From positions 221,687 to 285,686 of the forward strand of contig NW_015163638.1 in the NCBI RefSeq assembly GCF_001447785.1: 64,000 bases of DNA, read 5' to 3'. The notes under the pieces were generated by a model. It was not told the DNA's origin. It was given only the letters and a program-made list of their open reading frames with translations, and searched no databases. Below are positions 36,765 to 48,979 of the stretch, in pieces. This DNA is from Gekko japonicus. Its lineage: Eukaryota. The first letter of the stretch is position 1; every line of letters starts with the position of its first letter. The position numbers were made by a program, and so were the translations under genes.

Positions 36765-36839
36765 GTCGGCAGCTTGTTCTTGAAACTCTGTATGCTTTGA
36801 CATCTAGTACCAAAATCGTGAAAGAAGCGATGGCGAAAG
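36765..36839 (+). CDS. DNAJC13: DNAJC13 exon 47
   Basis: cag|[27 protein letters not shown]|gtacag. Confidence 0.93.
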
Positions 36840-37315
36840 GTACAGCAGTGTTTGTTACTTGTTCTTAATTTTTTTAAATTCAGTGTGAACTTTTCTATTA
36901 TGATTAACGACGACGATAGAAATGAGAAATACATTTAAAAAAACCCATCCCTTGTGGCATTTATAAAACACCAAATACGTTATCTGGGTAGTAGGAAATC
37001 ATGTGCAAGAGAAGAAGCCCCTAAAAGTGAATTGTATATTCCGAATTTTCGGTTCAGTCTTCCTGCAGGGGAGTAAGAAGGAGCAATGGGAGGAGAAAAA
37101 GTAGGGGAGGGAAGAGCTGTGCATCAAGCCAGGCAAACTGCCGGAAGCAAAGACGTCACAATGGCCATGGGGGCCCTACTATGGTCATTGGAGCCCTTTA
37201 GAAATATGTCCCACATGCCCTTACATTAATATAGTACGTGATTCTTGTTGCAGCCAGTGTGTCTACAAACTTGCTGTGACTGGAAGAGCCAATTGCCGTT
37301 CTGTCCCTTTTCTAG

Positions 37316-37428
37316 GTGCTTTAATCTACTTACTTGATATGTTCTGCAACTCGACCCATCCACAAGTTCGATCTCAAACAGCAGAGCTCTTTGCTAAAAT
37401 GACAGCGGATAAGCTGGTGGGTCCAAAG
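37316..37428 (+). CDS. DNAJC13: DNAJC13 exon 48
   Basis: tag|[13 protein letters not shown]...LVGPK|gtgag. Confidence 0.95.
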
Positions 37429-38180
37429 GTGAGAGAGCGTAGATTCCTGTATGGCTGTTCAAACAGCACTCCGGTGCAGGCGGCTGAAAGCATACCATAA
37501 TGCATGCTGGAGTAGAGTCTTGTGGCTTAACAGCTCCCTTATCAAAAAGGCTGCCCATCGTTTTATTAGGAGCAGATATATGGGTTGGATCCAAAGAAAC
37601 ATGAGTGGAAGGAGGGGCAGTTGCTAGTGCTGTTCGACAATCACACGTGCACATAAGTTTATGCAGTGCTATAGTAGGCAGATTCTGCAGTGGTTCTTCT
37701 GCTTCTGCTTGTTACTCTGCTTACACATCTTTTGATTTGGATTCGTTTTTCCCACCCAGCTTATTAGCACAGGTGTGAAGCAGCTGTGTACTGTGAGCAG
37801 AAGACACTTACACACTGAAGGGCACCTTTGAATCCAACCACTGTTGTGTGGTTACAAATGAACAACCTCAACTAGGTGGTGGCTTTAAATACATTCTGTG
37901 GAGACCCTACCTGGTGTCTGGAGACATCTCTGGCTAGAAAAGCCTATTTTTAGGATTCAAAGGGGTATTGCATTTCTGGGTTTATTTAGCAACATGGGAC
38001 GTTTCCAGAATAATGTATTTTTTTCCGTATGGAGGCATTCCCAACACAGTTCGCTCTTCTGGGTAGAGTTGAGATTTCTTAGTGCTTTGCTTATATAATT
38101 GGGCACATTTAAGTGCAGATTTCACTACAATACTCATTGCCTCGTTTTACTGTATTTCTGCAATCTGTCGTCTTCTTTAG

Positions 38181-38350
38181 GTTAGGATTATCCTTATGAA
38201 GTTTCTGCCTGGTGTATTTATGGATGCCATGAGAGATAATCCTGAAGCTGCTGTTCATATTTTTGAAGGAACACATGAAAATCCTGAGTTAATATGGAAT
38301 GACAACTCCAGGGAGAAGGTGTCAACCACTGTCCGTGAAATGATGCTAGA
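38181..38350 (+). CDS. DNAJC13: DNAJC13 exon 49 (IWN repeat)
   Basis: tag|[11 protein letters not shown]...[12 protein letters not shown]...EMML-GA|gtatgt. Confidence 0.95.
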
Positions 38351-38654
38351 GTATGTCTCAGTAGTAGTACAATAATGTCTGTTTTGTGTAGCCAAATTCA
38401 TGATAAAACAGAATGTAAAAGCCCAGCCTAAATGCAGCTGAGAACCCTTCAGTTCTTTTAAGTGAAGCCGCAGCGTAGTTATGGATCTTCAAGTATCAAG
38501 TAGGATAATGCAAATATCCTGTACTAATCAACAATTCTGAAACCAACCAAAGCAATATTTAGCTTATTTGGGTTTGAGTCTCAACTAAAATCCATTTCCT
38601 TTTATAATCCAGTTAATGAGTTGTTACCCTAATGATTTTCTTTCTGTTTTAAAG

Positions 38655-38697
38655 GCACTTTAAACTACAGAGAGACAACCCAGATATTAACTGGAAG
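38655..38697 (+). CDS. DNAJC13: DNAJC13 exon 50
   Basis: aag|G HFKLQRDNPDINWK|gtaaa. Confidence 0.92.
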
Positions 38698-39556
38698 GTA
38701 AAAAACAAAATTTAAATGCTAAATTTAGGTTAACAGAAGAGCTGAAACAAGAATGTGGTGGTTGTTTGTGTTCATGTGCAATTTCTCTCTGGGATAGTGA
38801 AGGAAAGAGCTGCAGCTGTCTTCTCACTGAGACAAATAGGACAGTTGCTTCACACTAAAAACTATTTATTGAACCTTGAAACCATGCAGAAGAAAAATCC
38901 AATAACATACAGAACTCTAATACCTGAAATAATGCACTGTTAGAATTCAAAGAGGAGTATATTCCTGTCTGCTAGCCAAGCTCACACCAAAACCTCAAGA
39001 GTCTTTGGCAGGCAGCCCAGAGTAAAACAAGAGCAAGCAATTATATAGCTTGTGCAATCTATGGAATCCAATGTAGATGCCAATCAAGACTGTGACAAGA
39101 ACCCAGCCATGGCCCTCAATGGCCAACTGAACTCTGCTCAGAGTCACCTCATAATCTGTGAGGTCAGAAAGCTCCAGACACCCTCCCTGTGTCAAGAAGG
39201 AGCCGCATACCCTGATATCTAGATGTTTAGACTTCAAGGCTGGTACCATGAACTCCAGGAATGTAAACTATTCTTCTGGGCAGAGTGCATTAGCCGGTCA
39301 GCACTTGCTTGAGAGTGGCTACACTTTATGGGAGAGTGAGCCAGACAACAGAGACTTAAGCCAATTTAAACTGAATCACAAAAATGGCCTAGTCTCATCT
39401 GAAAGTAATTTTTACCACAATTAACATTGCTGTAATAACCTGGCACTACCCTACAGAACTTGCCCCCTAACTTTAGCAATTGGGCCTGCAGCTTGCATTA
39501 GCTACATCCTTTTAGTGACCACTCAGAACGATCATTTTCCTTTCTGATTGATCCAG

Positions 39557-39730
39557 TTGCCTGAGGACTTTGCTGTGGTATATGGTGAAGCAGAAGGAGA
39601 ATTATCCATAGGGGGAGTCTTCCTAAGAATTTTTATTGCCCAGCCGGCCTGGGTCCTTCGAAAACCTAGAGAATTTCTCATTGCACTGTTAGAAAAATTC
39701 ACCGAACTACTGGAGAAGAACAACCCACAT
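39557..39730 (+). CDS. DNAJC13: DNAJC13 exon 51
   Basis: cag|[14 protein letters not shown]...EKNNPH|gtaagt. Confidence 0.95.
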
Positions 39731-40333
39731 GTAAGTGGAGCACATTTGTTTTATATTAGGATTGTGCAGTTATTAAATATCTGGAAGCTGAATAAATGCC
39801 TTGGTTACCTGTCAAGTTCTGCTTCTGTGTTTAATGTAGAAGAAGAACCTCTGTGCGCAAGAGCTGTAAAGACCACCAAATGCGTGTTCATTTGCACACA
39901 CAAATAATCAGCTATACAAATTAGCTATACATTTATTTATGAACGGTTTTATTGTTCTACACCACCCTGAATCCTGTCTTACAGGGGACGGCAGTCTAGA
40001 AATTTGATTTATAAATAAATAAAACGATTTATGCAAAGATTCTGCCGATAGGGTTTGGTTTTCTATGCAAAATTCTTCCCCCAGAAGATTAATTATTTAT
40101 TAATTAAAAGAGATAATTTTGGTTGTGGCCCCCCTCCAAAAGGATAAGCCACCCTGAGGTACCACCAAGCCTGGCTTACCACTTATCAGCCTGTGAAGTG
40201 CTTACCAGGGCATTTTAAGATATAAGGTACACATAACTCCTGGGTGGTGTTAAGTCTTGTCTTGCAAAACTGGCTACTGATGGGCTTGCTGTAGAATTTT
40301 ACCTCGTGGTGTTTGTTTTTTGTTTTGGAACAG

Positions 40334-40513
40334 GGGGAAACACTCGAAACCATAACGACAGCAACGGTGTGCCTCTTCGGCGCTCAGCCTCAGCTAGCAG
40401 ATCAGGTTCCCCCACTTGGTCATCTTCCCAAGATTCTCCAGGCCATGAATCACAAGAACAATGCCATTCCTAAAAGTGCCATGCGTGTCATACACATACT
40501 GGCCGACAATGAG
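40334..40513 (+). CDS. DNAJC13: DNAJC13 exon 52
   Basis: cag|[14 protein letters not shown]...LADNE|gtatg. Confidence 0.95.
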
Positions 40514-40970
40514 GTATGCGGATTGTGGTCTGTTCCAGATTTGATCAAATTTAAAGTCACATTCTGTGGCAAGAACGAAGGATTACTGGGAGGCTTGTTT
40601 GTTTGTAGAACTTCAGTCATCGGTGCCTCTGATTGTAGGGCTGATGGTTAATGAAACAGAGGCAAGTAGCAGGCATGTTAAGACCAGTTAGAACAATATT
40701 GAATGGGGTACAGTTAAAACACACCCACATTCTCCAGTATGGAGTACAGTAGTTAACTAGGCGTCAGCAGATTTCTTCAGTGGAAGCACTAGGAGTGTGC
40801 TTTGTCAAGGGCGGTGCAGCTTGTGATGTGGTAACTGCAAGACAGTTGTGCTGGATCTTTTTTCACCCTTATGTATGTGTCAGTGTGACATCTGTTAAAT
40901 GTGAATCTGCAGACAGTATAAAAATCTCTCTCCCCCCCCCCCCCCCACCTTTTTTCTCTCTTGTGATACA

Positions 40971-41075
40971 AGCCCTATGATGAATGGAATGAAGAAGCGA
41001 CCGGATACTATTGGGGTAGCCTGCGAAGCCCTTAACCGAATGTTTCAAAAAGAGCAGAATGATTTAGTAGCCCAA
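40971..41075 (+). CDS. DNAJC13: DNAJC13 exon 53, 5'-truncated in this sequence
   Basis: [35 protein letters not shown]|gtaag; the expected first ~12 codons and an adjacent in-frame AG are absent. Confidence 0.8.
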
Positions 41076-41649
41076 GTAAGCAGGCTTCATAACTTTCATT
41101 ATTGTGTGGCTTTTAGCTTTATGGTCCAGAGTTTCTTGTGCTTCTTTCAGTCCAGTTGGGGTGGGTGGATAAGTATGCTTGGAGGAGTATCTTCTAAAAA
41201 TGTAATGCGATAATCTGAAAGCACTGTATACAGCAACATAATCTGTGACTAGAGATCACTTAGGAATCCTGTGTAAGCTGAATTGCGATCTGTGATGGGT
41301 GGGGTGCAATGGAAGCTTAAGAAATAATAAAAGTGCCTGTCTGGCCAAACTCTGGTGTGTGTGCATGCGTTGATAGAACCGCACTCCACAGTGCCAGAAT
41401 GTGGGAAAGCTGTCATGAGCGTTGGAAAGCTAGTGAATTCCTCCTTTAGTAATTCTGCTGTACATTAAGGTAATCTTCAAATGAGTCCTGCTAACACACC
41501 CATCTGAAATATGTTTATTTTAATCTGAGCTACAAATCTTCCCAGCAGCCATGTAGGTCTGTGATAAACGCTCAGCTGGATTCAGAGACCGATGAGTCTT
41601 TCCCTTTTTCAGGACCATCATTAAGTAGCTTACAATCTTGTTTTTGTAG

Positions 41650-41793
41650 GCGTTGAAAGCAGACTTGGTCCTGTACCTGCTAAAATTGCTTGAGGGCATT
41701 GGCCTTGAAAATCTGGAAAGCCCTTCAGCTACAAAAGCTCAAATTGTGAAAGCCCTGAAATCTATGACTCGCAGCCTACAGTACGGAGAGCAG
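41650..41793 (+). CDS. DNAJC13: DNAJC13 exon 54
   Basis: tag|[14 protein letters not shown]...QYGEQ|gtaag. Confidence 0.95.
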
Positions 41794-42033
41794 GTAAGCA
41801 TCCCATAGCGGACTCCTGAGCTCCTTTTTAAAGCACGTCAAGATATCGCTTTGCATTTTCACTCTTTTACAAAGAACAGGATTTATAACCCGCATCTTAA
41901 GAGAACACCACCTCATGAAATTAAAGTATTAGCTGATCCTTGTAACAAATGGCAGTGTTCTCTACAACTTGCAGTGAGTAAACAGCAAATAAGATAGGTA
42001 AAAACCCCTTTCTGTGGGTCTCTTGTTTTCCAG

Positions 42034-42133
42034 GTAAACGAAATCTTGTCTCGTTCCTCTGTGTGGAGTGCCTTTAAAGATCAGAAACATGACTTGTTCA
42101 TTTCTGAGACTCAGACAGCGGGATACCTCACAG
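42034..42133 (+). CDS. DNAJC13: DNAJC13 exon 55
   Basis: cag|[14 protein letters not shown]...AGYLT-G|gttagt. Confidence 0.95.
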
Positions 42134-43041
42134 GTTAGTAACACCTCCTGAAGTCAGGCATTTCTTCTCATTCCCCCTTTGAGTGTTCTGCCTTATTAAC
42201 TACCTTGAAATAACACCTTAATTCCCCTTCCACCTTGGGTTTTACGCATTGAATGGAGTGAGAAGCTGAAATGGGTTGATAAGAGTTTAAAAACAACTCC
42301 TGGTAAATCACCTGGTGAAAAGCATCCCTGTGGTCAACTCTGGCCTTAATTCTGAATTTGCAGTTCTGAAGGGCCTGGATGTACCTTTTATAGGAGTAAA
42401 CAATCTGTCAGTTCCAGGCCTTCCTAGACACTACTGAGTTGTGCTTCACCTTTGCTTAAAAGTGCTTTGCTGTCTGTACTTCCCTTGCTTCTGGTTTCTC
42501 TCTCCCTCAGGTATCTCCTCTCCTTCCCTTCTCTCTGGTAGCAGTCCCCTTCATCTCAGAAGTGGGCTTTAGATCTACTCTGGCAGGCAGCTTGCTAAAC
42601 TTCTCTCTAGCGCTCTAAAGCAGGTAGATACCACTTTGCTCAGTGCATGTTGCATCTGCTCTGTTCCTCTAACAGAATGCTGATTAGGTGCATGGCCTAC
42701 AGTTGTAGCAAACTTGTATCTGTTGTAGACTGTTGCAGAACCGCTAGCCTTGCTTTTTGCAACAGTGACTTTACTTGTTCTGGGCTCACATTTTGTTTTC
42801 TGAAAGAAGATATTGTTTAAAATGCACATGGTTAATAAAGTGCCATTTCAGTGATGATGGAGGAACAAAAAAAATCTGATTAAATGCATTCTAGAGATTA
42901 ACATTGACATGCTGTGGAGAGGTCAAACCAGCTTAGTTGTCTGAGCTGAAGAAACAGCTTGAAACATACTCAGTTGCTCAGAGTTACTCATTGAGCTTCT
43001 TCTAAAGATATTCTCTTCTCCCTCCCCCTTTCCTCAAACAG

Positions 43042-43139
43042 GTCCTGGTGTTGCTGGCTACCTTACTGCAGGGAGGTCTTCATCTGTCCTGCCCAGCGTC
43101 CCACCTCCGGTGGACCACGATGCTGGAGATGCCAGTTAA
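43042..43139 (+). CDS. DNAJC13: DNAJC13 exon 56 (terminal coding part)
   Basis: cag|[36 protein letters not shown]. Confidence 0.95.
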
Positions 43140-43872
43140 AGGACATGAAATACCCGTGCGAGTGAGAGACTCCATGGCAGACTGGCCAGTGATGAGGGAG
43201 GCCTCCGTTCCTTGGTCTAAATAGTTGCAACGAATTTTGCCTGCCTTTCCAGTTCCATGACAGTGTTATTCCTTTTTCTATGAATATATTTTTTTTAGAA
43301 AAAAAATTCACAATTCTATCACATTGTAACATAAGGAGAAAAGTACTCTGTGGATCAGCTTAAATGGGGTACAGAAGAATTTTTGTTTCTTGCTGTACGT
43401 GAGCACATTTTTGTTCCTTTATATTTTTGTTTACAAGACTGTGAATCAAACAACACTTTTTCCTAGTTTTTTGTATCTTATGAACTTAGCATGACTGGAG
43501 TTGAACTACAGTCTTGAAGAATTGGGCTAAATCACTTGATCCTTGATCCTCCCATCCTCTCGAAGAAGAACACTTTCCTCCTTGTCTCCAAGTCGGATGT
43601 GATCATCCCTCTTGGACTTGGCTGACTTGATGTTTACTTGTGTCCTTGATCATTAACATTACGTTTCACAAGACCTAACAAATTTGTATGTATAACTGGC
43701 TTTACCAAATTGAAAAATTAAAGTGCAGCAAAAAAAAAACCCTATTTAAAAAAAAATGTTATATAAAAGCATAGTGTAATTGTGATATGTTCTATACATT
43801 ATCCCGTATATAAAACTTTCTATATTGAATGTACATTATACAGATCATTCATATGTACATAGAATTTTAAAA

Positions 43873-43878
43873 AATAAA
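43873..43878 (+). terminator. Probable DNAJC13 polyadenylation signal
   Basis: AATAAA ~730 nt after the stop, preceded by AU-rich UTR with TGTA motifs. Confidence 0.6.
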
Positions 43879-44786
43879 GGGAACTGAAATCCTTGTTAAT
43901 GAGACAGACTTCCATTATAGTGATTCTTTGTAAATTTGAAGGATTTAGTTACCATTTTTCTCTGAAACTGAAAGCTTTCATCAATGAGTTCTACATCTGT
44001 TGGCATAAGCCAGACAGAATCTGTTTGTGTAAAAACAGCTGAAATTGTCATAGAGTCTCAAGGACGGCTGGATGTCTGTAGGGCTAGGGATCACCAGTTA
44101 GTTGTTCTCAGCAGAGCGTAAAGCTCTTCGGGGGACATACCGGAGGAGGCGGTGCCGAAGGTATGTGGGTCCCACTCAAGGCCTTAACAGTCAATACCAA
44201 AATCTGCTTACAGAAGACCAATTCTCCATCCTTAACTGCAGCTTCCTGTGGCTTTTATCCACACAAGATGCATAACTCCAGGCATTATCATTGAAGGGAT
44301 CAAAAGGGATGTTTGTGGAGGGAAAGGGACCATGGTGAAAATCAAATCTGCTAGCAGTTAGTGCCTCAGCTCATCCTGTTCAGTCCCCCCCCCCCCCCCC
44401 CGATGGCCTGCTGTGGCAACCCTAGATCACTACCAATTGAGTTTTAAACCCCTCTGTTGGAACTGAGTCGTGGTCGATTGGGCTGTGGTCCCTCAATCCC
44501 ATTTTTGTGAAGGGTTGACAATGTTGGTTTTCACTGATGCAGCCAATTGCGGAGTAGAAAAAAAGGATTCAAGAATCAGTCCCCATAAAGAGGACTGGAT
44601 CGGTTGTCTTTTTCACTATCTTAGGGATACTCTTCAAATGTCCAAGAGAGGATAAGGCTGACATGACAATAAATACTTCCAACAGACCCACCTGTATAGA
44701 AGATTTTATGAGTTTTGTTGTTGCAACATAGCAAGTATTAGCACAGATCAGAAAAGAGTGAGTCCAATAGTAGGTGAAGGGTGAAA

Positions 44787-44792
44787 TTTATT
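44787..44792 (-). terminator. Candidate ACAD11 polyadenylation signal
   Basis: AATAAA on minus strand with U-rich downstream sequence; alternative at 45319-45324. Confidence 0.45.
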
Positions 44793-44937
44793 AAGACAGT
44801 GGAAGTGTAAGAAAGCAAAAGCTGTCTTGTGAGCATCACTGTAGCCATCACCAGTTAAAGTGAGAATAGTGTGTCAAACAGTAGACCTTAATATTGTCTC
44901 ATTCAGATGCTCTTTCAGTGACAGTGGTATTAAACCT

Positions 44938-44995
44938 GTATATGCGTTTCTATACACAAATAGTGTTATATGTGTTTCTATACACAAATAGTGTA
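44938..44995. repeat. ~29-bp tandem duplication
   Basis: TATATG(C/T)GTTTCTATACACAAATAGTGT x2. Confidence 0.85.
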
Positions 44996-45458
44996 AAAAT
45001 GGTGGTATTCAAATTCAGCTGGATATTATACGTTCCCCACATCTGGTACACCACAGAACACATATTGCTATTTCCCTTATTAGACAATGTTTTAACAAAA
45101 TTACATACTATCCAGTACTATGTATTAATGATAGAGCATGTCTCCCCATCTACTTTTTCAGCCTTGGTTAGATGTTTGATAACCAACCACCTTTGTATGG
45201 GTGCACTCAAAGCAATAAACATCATTTTCATTAATTTGTTCAGTCTAGAAATACTTGAATGTTTCAAGTATTCCCATATGTCTAAACTTGAATCTAAGCC
45301 CTTACCCATGTTACAGGTTTTATTAATTGTGCCGAAGTGGGGTGTTACATTTAATAGTTTCATTTAATGTTGAATTGGTGATCACCTCAACGTACTCTTT
45401 CACTTTACCGCTTTTCTCTTGTGTGGAAATCAGATCTAATTATGATGCTATCAACAAT

Positions 45459-45573
45459 CTAGAGATGTGCAGTCAAATGCTTGGCTTGATCAAGCAGTTC
45501 TAGTTTTGCAACTGTTGAAAGATGAACTTCATCAGGCCCATCTGCTACACGTAAGGTCCGAACGTAAGCAAAC
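45459..45573 (-). CDS. ACAD11: ACAD11 last exon (~20)
   Basis: cag|G FAYVRTLRVADGPDEVHLSTVAKLELLDQAKHLTAHL-TAG. Confidence 0.95.
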
Positions 45574-45766
45574 CTGCAGAAGAAAGTTGAGAGTTCAAGG
45601 TCATCACAGAGGAAATGATAGGTAGCTGATAACCTCATGCCTTAAACTTTTAATTTTGCAGCTCTGGGCAAGCAGCAACCACAAGGAGTTTGAGGCCTTG
45701 CTAGATCACCACACACACTGGCTGGGATGTGATAACTAATACGAGCTACCTGAGCCTTTTACTTAC

Positions 45767-45876
45767 ATCTGAGCCAAAGGAAAATCTTCAGAGAATCCAG
45801 CTCCTCCACAAACTTGAATGGCACAATCAATCACTTTAAGGACCGCTTGGGGTGCTGCCACTTTGATCATAGAAAC
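45767..45876 (-). CDS. ACAD11: ACAD11 exon ~19
   Basis: cag|VSMIKVAAPQAVLKVIDCAIQVCGGAGFSEDFPLAQ-AT|gtaagt. Confidence 0.95.
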
Positions 45877-46499
45877 CTGCAAAGGTAAGTGAGATCTGTG
45901 TTCTTTTCTAAAGTAGCACAGCAGAAGGGGAGTTCCCACATTCAGTTGGATGGATTTGAGGGGTTTTCAGCTGTAGCATGCTAAGCCAAAAGGAGTGGGT
46001 GGACAGCAAGACAGTCATATAGCTTAGAGATGCTGATCACAGCTAGATTTTGCACTTTCTACTTTGCTGACCAGGTGGTTCTAGAATTTTTAAAAAACTA
46101 ATATTTGGAGCAACTTCACCACATGCACACTCAAACTTGTCAATATACGTAGCAAGTCAAAAGTAGGATGGAGTTGTGTGGTTGAATAACTACAGAGAAT
46201 TCTGGTGGCCCCAATGGAGCAAAAAGGCAGATGTGAGTTTTGGAACAAAATAAGCTTTGTGCATCCACATTGCTCAAACAATGCTGGGAGCAAAAAGTAT
46301 ACAATGATCTAGAGTGCTGTATTCACAACAAAAAGGAACCATGAAAATCACAAAGAACTAATCCATTTACACAGAGATGGAACAGACTGTATGGACTGGA
46401 TGTCTTTTTGTCATTAACAGAAAAACTGAAGTTCCACCTCTTTTTAGGAATGCCTCCTAACTTTTTCTCTCTCTTCTGTTTCTAGGCTCTTCCTGTTAC

Positions 46500-46616
46500 C
46501 TCTTTTCTTGCCGCTCTGTTTCCCATAGTGTCTATGAGGCTGGCTGCTTTCAGCGTGAGCAATCTTGCTTGTTCAATAGCTATCCGACATTCAGCAATCC
46601 AATGAGCGACAACCTC
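46500..46616 (-). CDS. ACAD11: ACAD11 exon ~18
   Basis: cag|[39 protein letters not shown]|gtaac. Confidence 0.95.
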
Positions 46617-46837
46617 CTGGAGGACCGGAAAGACAAATGGTGATTTTATTAAAAAACAGCCGCTGCCACCACAAGTAGTGTGGTCACACTTTTCCAAACA
46701 CACAGATCAAACAGGTGCAAGAATCCATCATGACACCTGAGGTACTTTTAAAAATCAGGTCCATTGGTAAATTAGGTATTTAGGATCTGTAGGGGCTAAA
46801 GTCCACTACACTAACGCCACAGTCATACAGTTCCATT

Positions 46838-47033
46838 CAATGCTCCCTCTAAGCTGTGGAGTCTTGTGAGCAAAAGTTCTACTTTGTGAGCTCCTGACAT
46901 GAAAGCTGTGAGCGAGCGATTTGGCTACTGCATCAATCAGTTTGTCCTGGAGCCCTCCTTCCTGAGCGAAGACAGAAGTGTGTGAGCTGGAGGCTAAAAA
47001 ACTGTGAGCTAGCTTAGCTTAGAGGGAACACTG
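46838..47033. mobile_element. hAT-type MITE family A, copy 2 (opposite orientation)
   Basis: TIRs as in 8170-8364; perfect TSD GTTCCATT (46830-46837, 47034-47041). Confidence 0.9.
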
Positions 47034-47597
47034 GTTCCATTCATGAAGGGCTTGTAGACATGCTGAAGGGGAGCCTGTAGACTTTGCATGGGGCACAGCT
47101 ACTGTTCTGTTCAAAGTGGGGAATGGTGAAAACCTGAAGCTGCCTTGAGCGAAGTCAGAGCCTTGGTCCATCAAGCTCAGTATTGTCTACTTACTACCCA
47201 GTCCTTTCAGCTGGATCCTTGAATCTTGGACTTTCTGCACACAGAACAGGTGTTGAGGCACGCCCCTTCCCTCGAGCCTTTGACAGCTTTTAATCCCTGA
47301 TAGCTTCATGTTCTGAAAATGCTAGTGTTATTCTGGTCTCACCTGTAAGTCGAATGCTCTGAGAAAACCGTGGGTCTGTCCAAATCCCCTAGGAGATGTC
47401 ATAATTTCTGTCCTTTCCTAACGAGGCATTTAACACAACACATACACTGTCCTCAGTTCCTGGACATGAACCACTGTATTGGCTACGGAAACCTAGCTCT
47501 ACGTTCGCTGTCACTATTTCATGAACCTTTGATCTTAGGAAAGGGGTATGCGTTATAAAAAAAAAAAGCATATGAGATAAGATGACTGTGAACTTAC

Positions 47598-47752
47598 ATG
47601 CTGGTACAGCTTCTTCCCAAATGTAATCCTCTGAGCTGAACGCTCACATAGGATCCGGAGGGCCATTTCAGCTGCTCCTATTGACCTCATGCAGTGATGG
47701 ATACGACCGGGTCCAAGCCTCCCTTGAGCTATTTCAAATCCTCTTCCTTCTC
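47598..47752 (-). CDS. ACAD11: ACAD11 exon ~17
   Basis: tag|[53 protein letters not shown]|gtaagt. Confidence 0.95.
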
Positions 47753-47856
47753 CTATAATACAAAAAGGAGAAAGGGCAATCCTTCAAATGATCATTTTCC
47801 TTTTCTGGGGAGAAGTCTACCTGCGCGCACTGCCTCTGTGGAATAATTTGGTAGCA

Positions 47857-48102
47857 CAGGGGTGGCCAAACTGTGGCTCAGGAGCCACATGCGGCTCTTT
47901 CACACATATTGTGCTGCTCCCGGCAGGGCAGGTCGGGAAATGAAGGGGAGCCATGCTTTTCCTTCCTGCCTGCCTGCCTGCCTTTTCTTTCTTTCTCTCT
48001 TTCTTTCTTCCTTCCTTTCTTCCTTCCTCTCTCTCTCTCTTTCTCTTTCTTTCCACCTCTTTCATTCTTTCTTTCCACCTCTCTCTGTGTTTCTCTCTCT
48101 CT
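47857..48102. mobile_element. hAT (Charlie-like) end fragment followed by a pyrimidine-rich compound microsatellite
   Basis: CAGGGGTGGCCAAACTGTGGCTC terminus, then (CCTG)n/(CTTT)n/(CT)n; no matching other end seen. Confidence 0.55.
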
Positions 48103-48979
48103 TAGTAAAAAGGGGGCTCCATAGGGGAGGGAAGAGGTTAGGGTGCAAGTGGCCAACCCTCCAGGGAAAGCCCAACGCTGCATTTGGACCCTATGGTAAC
48201 CAGGTGCTGGGTAGCAGGAGACCTTGAGGCCAGGCCTCAGAACTGAGAAGGGGAGTCCAGGAGTCTGTCCCTCCTGGCAGGAAGACCTCAAAAGGACAGT
48301 GGTGCCAACTAGAGCACAGAAAGTGGAATAGCTCCCTCCAAGAGTTGGGAACCCAATGGAGGGGGTGGGCAGAACAGGGTCTACAGGTCAAGCAGGCCTG
48401 TTCTATCATACCATCTCATCTAATTCTCCTCCTTACTGCCACCCCCATCCCACAGGTCTTGTGTCCATGCAGGTCTCATGATCCTCCACCATAGTTTTTT
48501 GGGTGGTCAAAGGGTACTTGGTCATCTCTTTTTCACCAGTGGAAAAGCTGCTTGGATCCAGCTCCTTGACTCTGATAAGTTAGCTTTTGTCATAGATGCA
48601 GTTCTGCAAACACGACTCAACCAGTCAGAAACAGGAGATTCTGTTTTGTTTCTTCTTTCAGTGGGCAGTAACAGAAAACTTGGCAGCAGTTACCAGATTT
48701 AAAACTCATTCAAAACTGGTTGCTTCAACAATATCCTTCAATGAACATAACACATTTTTTTTTAATCAAGTGAGATATTTGTGCTACAAATAGACATGCT
48801 GGTTTCCAAACTGGAGAGGAACTAGCATTTGATTTTAAAAGGATCAATCTGGGAGATAGTTTAGACAGATCTCTAAAATGCTACTAGTCGGAAAAGGCCT
48901 TGTAAGAAGGAATCACAAAAGAAAGCTGGGAAAGAAAACCTTTAGAAAGAGAGTAGTGTGTGTCTACTGGCCATAAAAT

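Larger units (their letters stand above)
1969..43139 (+). other. DNAJC13: DNAJC13 (RME-8) gene span, 5'-partial, exons ~13-56
   Basis: 44 exons with GT-AG introns and consistent phases translate into the recognisable RME-8 sequence (IWN repeats, GYF-like domain, J domain with HPD). Confidence 0.98.

Noticed and set aside
41671-41673. Leu instead of the recalled human Pro in DLV(P/L)YLL; also PFGLLSY in exon 19
   Set aside because: Single substitutions that I cannot judge without an alignment; may be ordinary divergence
44894-45367. 157-aa + strand ORF between DNAJC13 and ACAD11
   Set aside because: Non-ATG start, AT-rich, spans a tandem duplication, antisense to the ACAD11 3' UTR, no recognisable domain
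47817-48291. Charged low-complexity ORFs on both strands
   Set aside because: Translations of a microsatellite
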